A stretch of DNA of 64,000 nucleotides, taken from the NCBI RefSeq assembly GCF_963921235.1, contig NC_086110.1, positions 372,001 to 436,000 on the forward strand, in the 5' to 3' direction. The notes under the pieces are model-generated. The model made no database searches. It was not told where the DNA came from and saw only the letters and a program-made list of their open reading frames with translations. Below are positions 39,613 through 51,290 of this stretch, piece after piece; the stretch's first letter is position 1, and each line of letters begins with the position of its first letter. The position numbers and the translations under genes were made by a program. This DNA comes from Mobula hypostoma. Lineage: Eukaryota.

Positions 39613-39918
39613 CTTCTTTAGAAACCGTGAAGTTGGCAGTTGCTGGAACTGATGTCGAAATATGGTGAACTTGACATGCATAAACCGTGCCTTTCTTGAC
39701 TGGCTGTGACTCTTCCAAAGAGCTGATAACTTCATATAAACCCCCTGCAGTTGGATATTGTTCATGTTTGATTCCATGCTGGACCTCTGTACCATTTTTA
39801 TGCCAGGTGAGGTTAAATTCTTTTGGATAAAAAGCAGCTGTTCTGCATTGGAGTATCAGGAAAGCAGATGAAGATTTTGCCGATCGCATAGATACAATCT
39901 TCAGAGGAGAGGGAACAG
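39613..39918 (-). CDS. Exon 3 of the Ig-superfamily receptor: C1-set Ig domain
   Basis: TTTTCCCCTTCTTTCAG acceptor, G|GTAATG donor; 306 nt, phase 1-1; LQCRTAAFYPKEFNLTWHKNG...YACQVHH are canonical C1 motifs. Confidence 0.95.
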
Positions 39919-40244
39919 CTGAAAGAAGGGGAAAATTAAAATAAAACAAAACCCTTTTCGTTTTGAAATTTTCTAATCAATTAGCACATGGTTGGATGCA
40001 TAACAGGTCTATAATAAACTGTAAATTGTGAACCAATTTAAAGCTGTTTTGCACTATAATTATGTAACCTTCCCTCATATTTCCCTATATATATTTAATA
40101 ACCTGGATTCCGTTTGCGGATTGTTTCTGCTGGTGCTAAAGCGTCCGAATGATACAGTTTCCAGCAATTTTTGAGCAGAGAACTGTTGTTACGTCAAGAA
40201 CAACTCTCGTCCCAACATCATCGATTTCCAGACATTGACTTGAC

Positions 40245-40420
40245 AAGGCACAACACAGACACATTGCTGGAGGAACTCAGCAGACCATGGAAGAGAGTAC
40301 AGTCGAAGTTTCATGCCGAGACCGTTCATCTCTTTTCCATAGATGCTGCCTGGCCTATTGAGTTCCTTCACCATTTTTTGTGCTGCTTTCGTTTCTAGCA
40401 TCTGCAGATTCTCTCTTGTT
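40245..40420. mobile_element. Penelope terminal-repeat fragments in inverted arrangement in the V-C1 intron
   Basis: Antisense copy 40250-40330 abuts a sense copy TCTTTTCCATAGATGCTGCCTGGCC... Confidence 0.7.
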
Positions 40421-40805
40421 TGTGTCTAACAACGGTGGTGGTTTTGTCTTTTCCGCAAATTATAGAGTTTTAATTCGGTTAGAGAATTAATCTGATGTGG
40501 ATTAGGTTTAACTATTTAAATTACAGGGATTAGCGACCCGTGTCCTAGCCTCGTTGTTCAGTTTTCAAATTGAAGGCGCGATTTAATTGGCAGCCGTACG
40601 TTCACTATCCGTAACATAGCTCACATCAAATATCGTAGATGATATTACCTTCTGTCAGCATTTGTTAGTCTCCTGCATTTACGAGCAAATTCTTCTCAAA
40701 TCAAATTGCAATGTTTTACACAACTCTACTCTGCATTCTTTGTGAAGCAAAATTCGAGTCTGGATCATAACTTAAGACCTCGGTTATAATTGTAACTCCG
40801 CTCAC

Positions 40806-41105
40806 CATGTACGACAACCTGCTGTCCTCGTCCCCTTTCGATGGTTTGTTCCGCGTGTTTCACGGCGCAATAATACGTTCCGGCGTCCGAGACCGTGACA
40901 TTCAGGAGGTGAAGGTAGGCGCCTCCTGGCTTTATGCTGATCAATTTTCTGCTATCTTCCTTTATAAAAGTCTTATTTTCACCTCTCCACCAGTAAACTC
41001 TGAGATTTGACTGATTAAGATCGAAGCGGAAGGAGCATCGGCAAGTAAAGTTTGTACCGCTGAGGATTATATTCGGAAAAGTATCCGGAGCTCTCTTGCC
41101 AGCAT
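40806..41105 (-). CDS. Exon 2 of the Ig-superfamily receptor: V-set (VJ-type) domain
   Basis: TTTATTGACAG acceptor, G|GTGAG donor; 300 nt, phase 1-1; CSF...VYWWR...LLNVTVSDAGTYYC...GRGQQVVV. Confidence 0.95.
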
Positions 41106-41336
41106 CTGTCAATAAACGATGCACACTCGGATTTAGTCATTGGTAGGATTTTTTTTTTAACAACTGACCGCGATACTCAAAATTCGAATAGCACAAATAT
41201 TATTCTGTGGCCGTTTCACCATCCTCACTGAGGTCTGGTAAATCACAGAATAAAAATAACTATCTCATCAACACTATATCGCATGTGGGGTTTGGTAAAG
41301 AACATTAACTAAGGAATAATAGAAATTACTGTATAC

Positions 41337-41391
41337 CCGCATTCACAATGGCAAGTAAATAGATGGTCCAAAATGACCGCTTCAGAAACAT
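41337..41391 (-). CDS. Exon 1 of the Ig-superfamily receptor: signal peptide MFLKRSFWTIYLLAIVNA
   Basis: ATG, basic residues then hydrophobic core; 55 nt ending in a phase-1 donor (G|GTATAC, weak), 231 nt upstream of the V exon. Confidence 0.75.
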
Positions 41392-41539
41392 ATCAGCGTC
41401 CACAACAGAGCAGAAGAAAGTGAGTATCTGGTGGGTAGGCGTCAATACATTTCGATATCTTATTACACTAATACTTAATCAGGTCAATTGCCCGCAGGAC
41501 ATTGCTGAGAAATGCATGCCCTTTAATATAGGGTTTGAC

Positions 41540-41790
41540 TGATTAGCTGTGGTCGAAAGCAAGGACAGGAAATAAAGGGCTGTATTATGTCAAGAAATAA
41601 TAAGGTCAAAAATCCACAGCTTCTCAATTTTTGTCAGCAAGACAGGAAATAACAAGTAAGAACAGAACAAGTGGTGAAGGTTTCGGTTAACAGGCACCTT
41701 GAGATTTCACAAGATCATTGGCCTCTACACTTATTTTCATTTTCCTGGAAATCTCGTTTGTTTGCTGTTCTCCACTTCTTATATATTTGT
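41540..41790 (-). promoter_or_regulatory. Putative promoter motif cluster (RUNX, 2x ETS, STAT/GAS, TATA-like)
   Basis: TGTGGT 41548-41553; ACAGGAAAT 41565 and 41642; TTCCTGGAA 41742-41750; TATATAAG on minus ~41779-41786. Confidence 0.45.
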
Positions 41791-42059
41791 TGGCTACGAC
41801 CCATTGCCTCGAAACGACGCGTCATTTTTTTTTAAATGGGCAGATTGAGAAGACAGCTTTGAGATCGAAGTTAAAGTGCGGCATTTGGTGAAGGACGGCT
41901 TTGATGAGGATGCCTAGCAAAATCAAATAAGGCAGGGGAAGGATACGTTTTCCCTTTTCTTTCTCTCGTGTCAAGTTCTTGGGAGTCAACATTTCGGGAG
42001 AAGCATCCTAGGCCCAGCAAATTGGCACAATCACCAATATGGGATGTCAGCGGCTCTGC

Positions 42060-42550
42060 TTTGATTGAAGTTGGAGCAGATTTGGTATATCAATAGAGAC
42101 TTTGCAGATTTGTACAAATGCGCTGTGGAAAACATTCTGACAGGGTGCATTACACACCGGCATCGATATTCCAAAGCACTAGATTACAGGAGACTGCAGA
42201 GGACTGTAGGCGTATCCACCACCATCACAGACACAACCTGCCGCAACTCTGAGGGTACTATCTTTAAGAGGTAGTGCCTCAAGAGAGTGACAGTTATTAC
42301 TTAAGACCCCCACCATCCAGGACATAATGCCTCCTCAGGAAATGAAGAGCCAGATTCAACGAAATAGGAACAGCTTTTTCCCACCTAGTCAGATTTTGAA
42401 TGGATTACGAACCCATAAATACTAATCTATTGTTCAATTTGGGCCATTTATTTACTATAGTAACTTTCTGTCTTTGCACGTACTGCTGGCACAAAATAAC
42501 CAATTTCACATCATAGAAGTCAGTTATAATAAACCTGATTGTAATGCCAC
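42060..42550 (+). mobile_element. Rex1-type LINE 3' fragment
   Basis: LYKCAVENILTGCIT...LQRTV. Confidence 0.75.
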
Positions 42551-42589
42551 TTGTAGTTAAAAGGGTTAATAATGGTTGTCAGTAGAGTG

Positions 42590-44230
42590 GTTTACTGCTC
42601 CTGCGAGATGTGGGAGATGAGGAAGTGTCCAGCTGTCCATGATAACTATATGTGTCGGAAGTGAGTCATGTTACTGCTGCCCTCAGACCCTTTAGATCCA
42701 TTGTAGATGGCGTCACTAAGGACCAGACAGAAAACAGATAGTATTATAGATAGCAGTTTCAACGACGTGCTTACACCAAAGGTCAAGTCAGACAAATAAA
42801 TGCCCGCCCGGAAGGGCAGGCTGTTAGTGTCTGAATCTTCTGTAGCTGGTCCACCTCAAATAGGTATACTGTTTTGGATACATTTGCAGCTAGAGCTTCT
42901 CAGGCGAAAAGATCACTGCAGCCAGACCAGTGATACCACGAGCAAGCGAGTTCTACAGCAGGGCAGATTGAGGTCTAGGTGTCCAATTCCTATGAGATTC
43001 TTTCGTTGGGGACATAAATGACTATTTCTTTGGCTGCAAGGAGATCTCAGGAAGGTGTCTTGACATGGGCGTTTCTGAATGCAGAAAGCAGAATTTATGA
43101 GGTGTATTCAGCCACGTTTCTTGACGCATCATGCAGATGACTCAATGGAAGGGGCCAAACTAGATATTAAATGGGTCTTGTTCTTGGAGATTCAATTTGA
43201 GAACATTTTTGGAACAGTGATCATAACTCTGAAGGTTTACCTACAGCTATGAATAAGAATATGACTGGACTTGGGTTTAAAGTGTGAAATTGGGGCAGGC
43301 TAATTTTTAGATTCAGGTTTAACTCGCCTACTGCGAGCAGAGGGTTATAGTTGGCAGCGAGTTATTCCGCCTGGATGTCCTTGACTACTGGTGTTGCACA
43401 GTTGTGGAGTCACTACTATTTTTGAGATACGTACATGGTTTGGATGAAAAGGTAGGTGCATAGGTTAGTACATTTGCAGACAAACCAAAAGTTGATAGAA
43501 TTTGTAGGGCCATTACACGACATAGTAGAATATAACTAATTTACAAGTACGATCAGAGAAATGACAGATGAACATTAATCTGAACAGATGTAAGGCGTTA
43601 CGCTTTACGAGGTTAAATGTTAAGGAAAAGTATACAACTATTGACAGGACAGTTAACAGTTTTGGGATCCAAGTCCATAGTTCACTGAAATTAGGTAGAC
43701 AGGTCGGTAAAGAAAGTATTAGTCAAGTTTACCTTTACTGGACGGGAATTAACTAATTAATTACGTTAAGGTACCGTTAATTTTGGTGGCCACTTTGCAA
43801 AAGAATATGAGGGCATTGGAGAGGGTAAGATGAGTATGAGCAAAATAGTGCCTGGATTAGAAGGTACGAAGTCCAAGAAAATCATGAACAGGCATTCATT
43901 GCTTTCTCTAGAGGATAGATAGAGTAGGCAGTAAGAATCACCCCACCCCCATCCAAAATACAGAATCCCTAATACAAGAGGACACATGTTTAATGTAAAA
44001 ATAGTTAAATTCGGGGAAGGATATGTGCAGGGCAAATTTTCTTTTACACGGGAGATGCTTAGAACGGGCTCCCTGTTGCAGTGATGGAATCATTTACCGT
44101 GATAATTAAGAGTTTGTTAGAAAGAAACAAGAATAATGAAGGAATGGATGAATATAGATCACTTGCAGACAAAAGAGATTCCGTTCAATTCAGCATCACC
44201 ATCAGTACACTCATCGTGTCTGCTCTGCCT
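42590..44230 (+). mobile_element. Highly degenerate, internally deleted CR1
   Basis: ORF1 zinc-finger-like start (CPAVHDNYMCRK) through RT and 3' remnants. Confidence 0.6.
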
Positions 44231-46890
44231 TTCCACCATGGCTGATTTATTCCCCTCTCTTCGCCAATCACGTTCTCGCCGTAACCTTTGATGCCTTCAA
44301 TAATCAAGAACCTATCAACATCTACTTTAAATATACCAAATAAGCCGACTATGGAAACGGATTCGACAGATTCCCCACCTTCTAGCGTAATACATTCCTC
44401 CTCATCTCTGTTCTAAAGGAACATCCTTGTATTCTGAGACTGTGCCATCTGGTCCCTGACTCCCTGACTATTGCAAGTACACTCTCCACGTCCACTCCAC
44501 CTGGGCCTTTCGATATTCAACAGGTTTCCATGCGGTTCCTCCCCCACCCCCTCCCCACCAATATTGTAAATTCCAGTAAGTAAGGCCTACAACCATCAAG
44601 TACACTTCGTGCGTTAACCCTTTCAATCCGGCAACATCTTCATGAACCTCCTATGACTCTTTCCAATACCAGCGAGGATGCAGAAGCCAAGGTTCTTCCA
44701 CAAAGAGCCCAAGTGTGCTCACAGTGTTTCGCCTAAGTTTTGCTTCAGTACCTGTGAATCTCAGTCGCTCCGTGTCAAGATAGGTTCCGCCTATCTCCTG
44801 CCTTCCTGCACTCTCTCCTGTTTGCCGTTCAACGCTCACGCCCGCGTTTGCATCCTAACGCATCCTCCGTGCCTATGTCCTGCGCTTGGGGTCGTCTCAT
44901 TTGTTGCAACACCGTCAGTAATCCCGAGATTACTACCTTTGAGGTTCTGTTTCTCAACTTCCTTCCTAACTCCTTGTAGTCTGTTTTCAGGACCTCTTCC
45001 CTTTTCCTATCTATGTTGTTGGTACCAATGTTTACCACGAGCTCTGGCTGTTCTCCTTCCCACTTGAGGATATCGTGGATGCGATCGGAAACAGCCCAGA
45101 CCCTGGCACCTGGGAGAAAAAAACTACCATCTGTGTTTCTTTTCTGCGTCCACAGAATCGCTTGTCTGACCCCTTAACTATAGAGGCCCCTATCACTGCT
45201 GTTATCCTTTTCCTTCCCCTGCCCTTTTGAACCACAGGGCCGGTCTCTGTGCCAGAGGCGCGGCCAGTGTTGCTTCCTCCAGGTAGACCGTCCCCCCAAC
45301 AGTACTCAAACAGGAGTACTTATTGTTAAGGGGTACAGCCACAGGGATACTCTCTAGCATCTGACCCTTGCTCATCCCTCTCCTGACTGTTACCTACTTA
45401 TCTGTCTTCCGGCCTATAGCTCCTCTCCATCACCTCCTCACTTTCCCTGAGCTCGACGCACCTGGCGTACATGTAGCCGTCAGAAAGGCTGGGAGTATCC
45501 CGGTCTCCCACATCTGACACCGATCACATAACACCGGCCTCACACACCTACTTCCTGTCTGTATTCTTCACTTATAACCTACCTCGCATTGACCTGTTAT
45601 TGCCAAAGCCCCGTTTCGCCAAAGCCTTCCCACTCTCTCTCCCTCTACTCCCACACCCTCTCCTGAGACGCCGGCTCTATAAAGCTGTCTCCTTTTAAAC
45701 TCTTCTCCTGTTATATCTCGAGTGTTATTTTCTAGCAATCCGACATCCACTCTCGCCTCTCTTTTACTCTTTATGTAGCTGAACAAAGTCTTTTGATATT
45801 CTCTTTTGTGTAATTGATTTGCTTTCCTTCATATTTCATTTTTCTTTCATTATTGATCTTTACTTACCCTCTCTTGGTTTTTAAAAGTTTCCCTATTCTC
45901 TAATTCCTACTAGTTTTTCCTATATTACATGCCATCCTTTTAACTTTTATACTGTCTTGACTTCTCTTATCTGCCATGGTTGCCTCATCCTCCTCTTGGA
46001 AGACAGTTTGTTTCTTCTGATGTATCTATCCAACACTTTCTGAATTTGACCTTCAGACCGTATGACATAGGAACAGAATTAGGCTATGCAGCCCATCGAG
46101 TCTGATCCGATTTGTCATGCTTGATCCCGGATCCCACTTAGCTCCATACACCTGCCTTCTTGTCATTTCCTTTGATGCCCTGACTGATCAGTAAATGATC
46201 AACTTCCACCTTAAATATATCCACAGACTTAGCCTCCACCACAGTCTATAGTAGAGTATTCCAGAGATTCATTACACTCTGGCTAAAGCAATCCCCTTTT
46301 ATCTCTGTTCTAAAAGATCAGATCTCAATTTTGAGGCAGTGTCCTGTAGTTCTGGATCCTTCCACCATAGGAAACATCCTCTTGACATCCACTTTATCTG
46401 ATCCTTCCAACATCCGGTAGGTTTTAATGAGATCACGCCTCATCCCTCGCATTCTTCTAAATTCCTGTGAGTACAGGCCCAAAGCTGCAAAAATATCCTT
46501 ATATGTTAACTGCTATGTTCCGGTATCATCTTTGTGAACCTCTTCTGGACTCTCCACAATGACAACACATCATTTCAGAGATATGGGGCCAAAGCTGTTG
46601 ACAATAGTCCAAGTGTGGCCTGACTAAAGTCTTACAAAATCTTAGCACTATCTCTTTTCTTTTATATTCCATTGTCTCCGAAGTAAATGCTAACTGTGCA
46701 TTTGCCTCCTTTGCCACAGACCTAACCTGTAAATTAATCTTCTGGGAGTTTTGGACGAGGCCTACTAGATCCCTCTACGCTTTTGATGTTTGAACCTTCT
46801 CCGCATTGTGATAATAGTCCGCAATATTTCTTTTAATAAAATGCATCATTACACATTTCCCAACATTGTATTCAATCTGCCAATTTTTTT
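44225..46890 (-). mobile_element. Composite of CR1 fragments (3' ends, ORF1, APE)
   Basis: ORFs 44829-45038 and 45032-45235 (ORF1), 45568-45786, 46526-46717. Confidence 0.8.
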
Positions 46891-46894
46891 TTGC

Positions 46895-48569
46895 CTTGGC
46901 TCAGTATTCTGTGTCCTCTGTCTAAGTCAAGTCTGAGCCTAGTCTAAGTCAAGAGTTAAGTTCCAAATTCAAGTCAAGAGTCAAGTCCCAAGTCCAAGTC
47001 GAGAGCCAAGTTCCAAGTCCAAGTCCGAGTTAAGTCCAAGCCAAATCCGGATCAAGTCCAAGCCAATTCCGAACCAAGTCCAAGCCAAGGCCGGGTCAAG
47101 TCCAAGCCAATTTCGAATCCAGTCCAAGCCAAGCCAAGTCCTAGATCAAGTCAAGTAACTAATCCCTGCCAAGTCCCGAGTCCCAAGTCATGACCTGAGT
47201 TCGCTGTCAAGTTCAAGTAGCAAGTCCAAGTCCAGGTTTTCCGATTTGTCACTCTTCGTCTACCTTCATGTTCTCAGTTTTTCCTCGCTCCATGGCTTCC
47301 CCAGCATTTTTAATAAACGTAGTCCAGTTCCTAGTACTTCAGAGTCCGTGTCTCGAATTTGGGTCCGCTTCCATTGCTCCCTTATGACAGAACAGCCCAG
47401 TCAAACATGGACCCAGTGACACAGACACTGTCGTTAAAATCTCGCCATCCAGGGTTCCCTCTTATTAAAAACCCGACACCCGACCGGGTCGTCGATAATC
47501 CGGGAAAGCCTGTTAGATCATCAGGAGGCTCCCATGGGGTGGGAGGTGGGGGATATTGTCACGGTCCGGTATGTGAAGTCCGCATTCTGGTTCACGGTCC
47601 TGTCCGTAGATTCCATATTCCTGCTATACCCTTTTCCCCTTCTACCGTTGGGCGCCTTAATTGAAGCACCTGATTCTCGTTTCGCTCTGGCAACATAAAT
47701 AGCTCCGGTGTCCAGTAATACCTTGCTCGACCGTCCTAGTCAGTAACGTCGTCAGAATCCCCATCAAGTTAACCCACTGGTCTGAGACTAGAGCCGCTGT
47801 CTGTAGCTCCTGGGCCGCGTCGAGAGCTTGCAGCTACTTCGAGACATTTCGTGTGAAGATAAAGAACAGTCTATGGTTGTGTCATTTTGTCTCTCCGTAT
47901 TCTCTCCTCTGCTGGGTAGGTCCGACCGATTGCCGCTACCCTGAGGGGGGAACGGTCTCCGTATTTTGTGCCCTGTGTCTAAGAAGAGTCCCGGCTGTAT
48001 GTCTGTGTCCAAGGAGGAGCCCCGGCTCAGTGTTCCGTGTCCTGTGTCTAAGAAGAGTCCCGGCTCTATGTCCTGTGCCTAAGGAGGAGCCCCGGCTCAA
48101 TATTCCATGTCCTGTGTCTAAGTCAAGTCTGAGCCTAGTCCAAGCCAAGAGACAAGTTCGAAGTCCAAGTGAAGAGTCAAGTAGCAAGTCCAAGTCGAGA
48201 GTCAAGTTCTAAGTCCCAGTCCGAGTTATGTCCAAGCCAAGTCCCAGTCAAGTCCAAGCCAACTCCGAGTCCAGTCCAAGTTCATTCTAAACCAAGTCCT
48301 AGTTCAAGTCAAGAGGCAAATCGAGACCCAGGTACCGAGTCCCTGCCAAGACCCGAGTCCCGAGTCATGACCTGAGTTCCCTGTCAAGTTGAAGTCCCAA
48401 GTCAAAGGCCAGGTTTTTCCGTTTGTCACTCTTCGTCTACCTTCGTGTTATCATTTTTGTCCTTTTTCCTTGGTTTCCCTTGCATTTTTTAATAAAAATA
48501 GTCCAGCTCATAGTATTTCAGTGTACTGTGCCTTGCATCTGAGTCCGCTTCCATCGCCACCTTATGACA
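46895..48569 (+). mobile_element. Miniature Gypsy-type LTR element: truncated 5' LTR (~46895-47389), 167-bp internal region, complete 3' LTR (47557-48569)
   Basis: LTR TGTCA...TGACA; both copies end CTTATGACA; purine tract GGGAGGTGGGGG before the 3' LTR; internal ATGGACCCA gag-like start; AAGTCC-type repeats in both LTRs. Confidence 0.82.
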
Positions 48570-48869
48570 CTTCCAGTCCTCCGAGACCATGCCAGAATCA
48601 AGTGCTTCGTGAAAGATCATGTCCAATACATCTAATATCTCTTCAGTAACCTCTGTTAGGTCTCTGAGATATAGTCCATCTGGTCCAGGTGACTTATCCA
48701 CCTTAAGACCTTTGAATTTGCCTAGCACCTTTTCCTTTGTCATAGCAAAGGAACACACTCCTGTTCCCTGGCACGCATGGACCTCTGGCGCACTGCTAGT
48801 GTCTTCAACAGTGAAGACAGATACAAAGAATAATATGAGTTGCCATAATGACTATCATCAGTAGTACTC

Positions 48870-50100
48870 ATATTAACAGTTATGAAATGCTTTGAGAGGT
48901 TGGTCATGACTAGACTGAACTCCTGTTTCAGCAAAGACCTGGAACACTGCAATTTGCCTATCACCATAATAGGTCAACGCAGACAGAATCTTAATGACTC
49001 TTCACACGGCCTTAGACCACCTGGACAACCCAAATACCTATGTCAGGATGCTATTGATCAACTATAGCTCTGCATTTAACACTATCGTTACCAAAATCCT
49101 TATTAATAAGTTACGAACAACAGTGGGACACTTCGGGGTGTGGGCTTAGCTTACTGCTCTACTCTCTCTATTTCCATGACTGTGTCGCTAGGCATAGCTC
49201 AAATACCATCTATGAATTTGCTGATGATACAACATTATTGGTACAGTCTTGGATGGAAATAAGAGGGTGTGCAGGAGCGAGATATACCAACTAGAGGAGT
49301 GGTGTCGCAGTAACAACCTTGCACTCAGAGTCACTAAGGCGAAATACCTGATTGCGGACGTCAGGAAGGGTAAAACGAAGGAACAAACATCAATCCTCAT
49401 AGAGGGATCGGAAGTAGAGAGAACGTGTAGAGTCAAGTTCCTGGGTGTCAAGATCTCCGAGGACCTAACCTGATCCCAACATATCGATGCAACTATAAAG
49501 AAGGCAAGACAGTGACTATATTTTATTAGAAGATTGAAGAGATTTGGAATGTCAATAAAAACATTCCAAAAAATTATAGATGTACCGTGGAGAGTATTCT
49601 GACAGTCTGCATCACTATCTGGTATGGGGCGATGGGCGATAGAGCTACTGCACAGGACAGAAAGAAACTGCAGATGGTCGTAAAAGTAGTCGTATCCAAC
49701 TTGGGTCCTAGCCTACAAAGTACCCAATACATCTTTAAAGAGCGGTGCCTCAGAAAGGCAGCGTCCATTATTAAGGACCCCCAGCACCCGAGGTACGTCT
49801 TTTCTCATTGTTACCATCAGGTAGGAGGTACAGAGGCTGAAGGCATACACTCAGCGATTCAGGAACAGCTTCTTCCCCTCTGTCATCTAATTCCTAAATG
49901 GATATTGAACAAATGAACACTACCTCACTTTTTCAAAATATATTATTTATGTTTTTGCACTATTTTTAATCTCCAATATATATACTGTAATTTATTTATT
50001 TCTTCTATAATATGTATTGCATTGAACTGCTGCTACTGAGTTTACACATTTCACGACACTTGCCGGTAATTACAAACCTGAGTCTAATTCTGATTCTGAA
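48870..50100 (+). mobile_element. Rex1-type LINE RT fragment
   Basis: MKCFERLVMTRLNSC; ESILTVCITIWYG; RKAASIIKDPQHP. Confidence 0.85.
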
Positions 50101-50593
50101 GTTCATCTGCCATTCCTTTTTCCCCTATTACCACCTCACCAGCATCATTTTCCAGTGGTCCAACATCAACTATCACTTCCCTTTTACACTTTATATAACC
50201 AAAATCCGTTGGTATCCTGCTTTATATTATTGTCCAGTCTCCCCTCCCATTTCATCCTTTCCCCTCCGATAGCCTGTTTTAGCTGTCTTTTGTAGGACTT
50301 CAAAAGCTTATCAATTATCCAAATTCTCACTCACTCTTGCTACATAATAAGTACTTTTCTTGGCATTTATGCAGTTCTTACTTTCTCTTGTCAGGTACAG
50401 TTTCCTATCTCTGCCATTTGAGGACTTCTTCGACTGGGAGAAATACTTATCCTGCACCTTGTGAGTTACTCCCAGAAACTTCAGCCATCCCTGCTCTGCC
50501 GGCATCCCTGACAGTGTCTTCCTCCAGTCGACCTGGGCATGCCCCTCTCTCATGCTCCTGTAATTCCCTGTATTCTATTGTGATACTGATACA

Positions 50594-50885
50594 TTAGATT
50601 AGATTATTAGATTATGAGGACACTCAGTCCTCGTTTATTGTCATTTAGAAATGCATGCATTAAAAATGATACAACGTTCCTCCAGAATGATATCACAAGA
50701 AAACACAGGACAAACTCTGACTAAATCTGACAAAACCACATAATTATAACACATAGTTACAACAGTACAAAGCAATACTGTAATTTGATAAAGAGCAGAT
50801 CACGGGTACAGTGAAAAAAGTCTCAAAGTCCCGATAGACTCATTATCTCACGCAGGCGGCAGAAGGGAGAAACTCTCCCCGCCAT
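50594..50885 (-). mobile_element. LINE 3' end with (TCTAA)n-like tail inserted in CR1 (family unassigned)
   Basis: TTAGATTAGATTATTAGATTATGAGGACACTCAGTCC...; follows a minus-strand CR1 fragment at ~50100-50593. Confidence 0.65.
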
Positions 50886-51004
50886 AAAACTTTAAGTGCC
50901 ACTTAGTATGTCTGTGAGGTAGAATTTTAGTAACTGAACTCACGTAAGACACACAGTTCTCACTAAGCCCCTTTGACTTTTTTTCATATTCCATCAAGGG
51001 ATTT

Positions 51005-51290
51005 GGGCCGTGGCATCATAGAGGTTGGTGTAATAGTTAGCAGCAGTTGTAGGATCGCACTGCTGTCTGTATAGAGTTTTCGACAGGCTCCCCATTTCCT
51101 CTGGGTGCTCCCTCATTCCAAAGACATATGAATGAAGGTTAGTACATTGTTGGCACCGGAAGCATGGAGACTCATGGGACGTCCACAGAACATCTTGGAC
51201 CGCGTTGATCTTTGACGCAAATAATACTTTTCATTGCATGTTTCAGTACTTTGATGTACATTGACAAATATAGCTAATCTAATCTTTATC
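51005..51290 (+). mobile_element. tRNA-derived SINE, degenerate
   Basis: TTTCCTCTGGGTGCTCC...CATTCCAAAGAC V-SINE-like core. Confidence 0.6.

Noticed and set aside
39613-41391. Rearranging TCR/Ig locus interpretation
   Set aside because: Single V already joined to a J-like strand, no RSS or D/J array seen, V and C1 only 887 bp apart.
46920-48400. Ser/Lys/Gln/Pro-rich ORFs and CRISPR-like periodicity
   Set aside because: AAGTCC-type tandem repeats inside LTRs of a eukaryotic element; no unique spacers.
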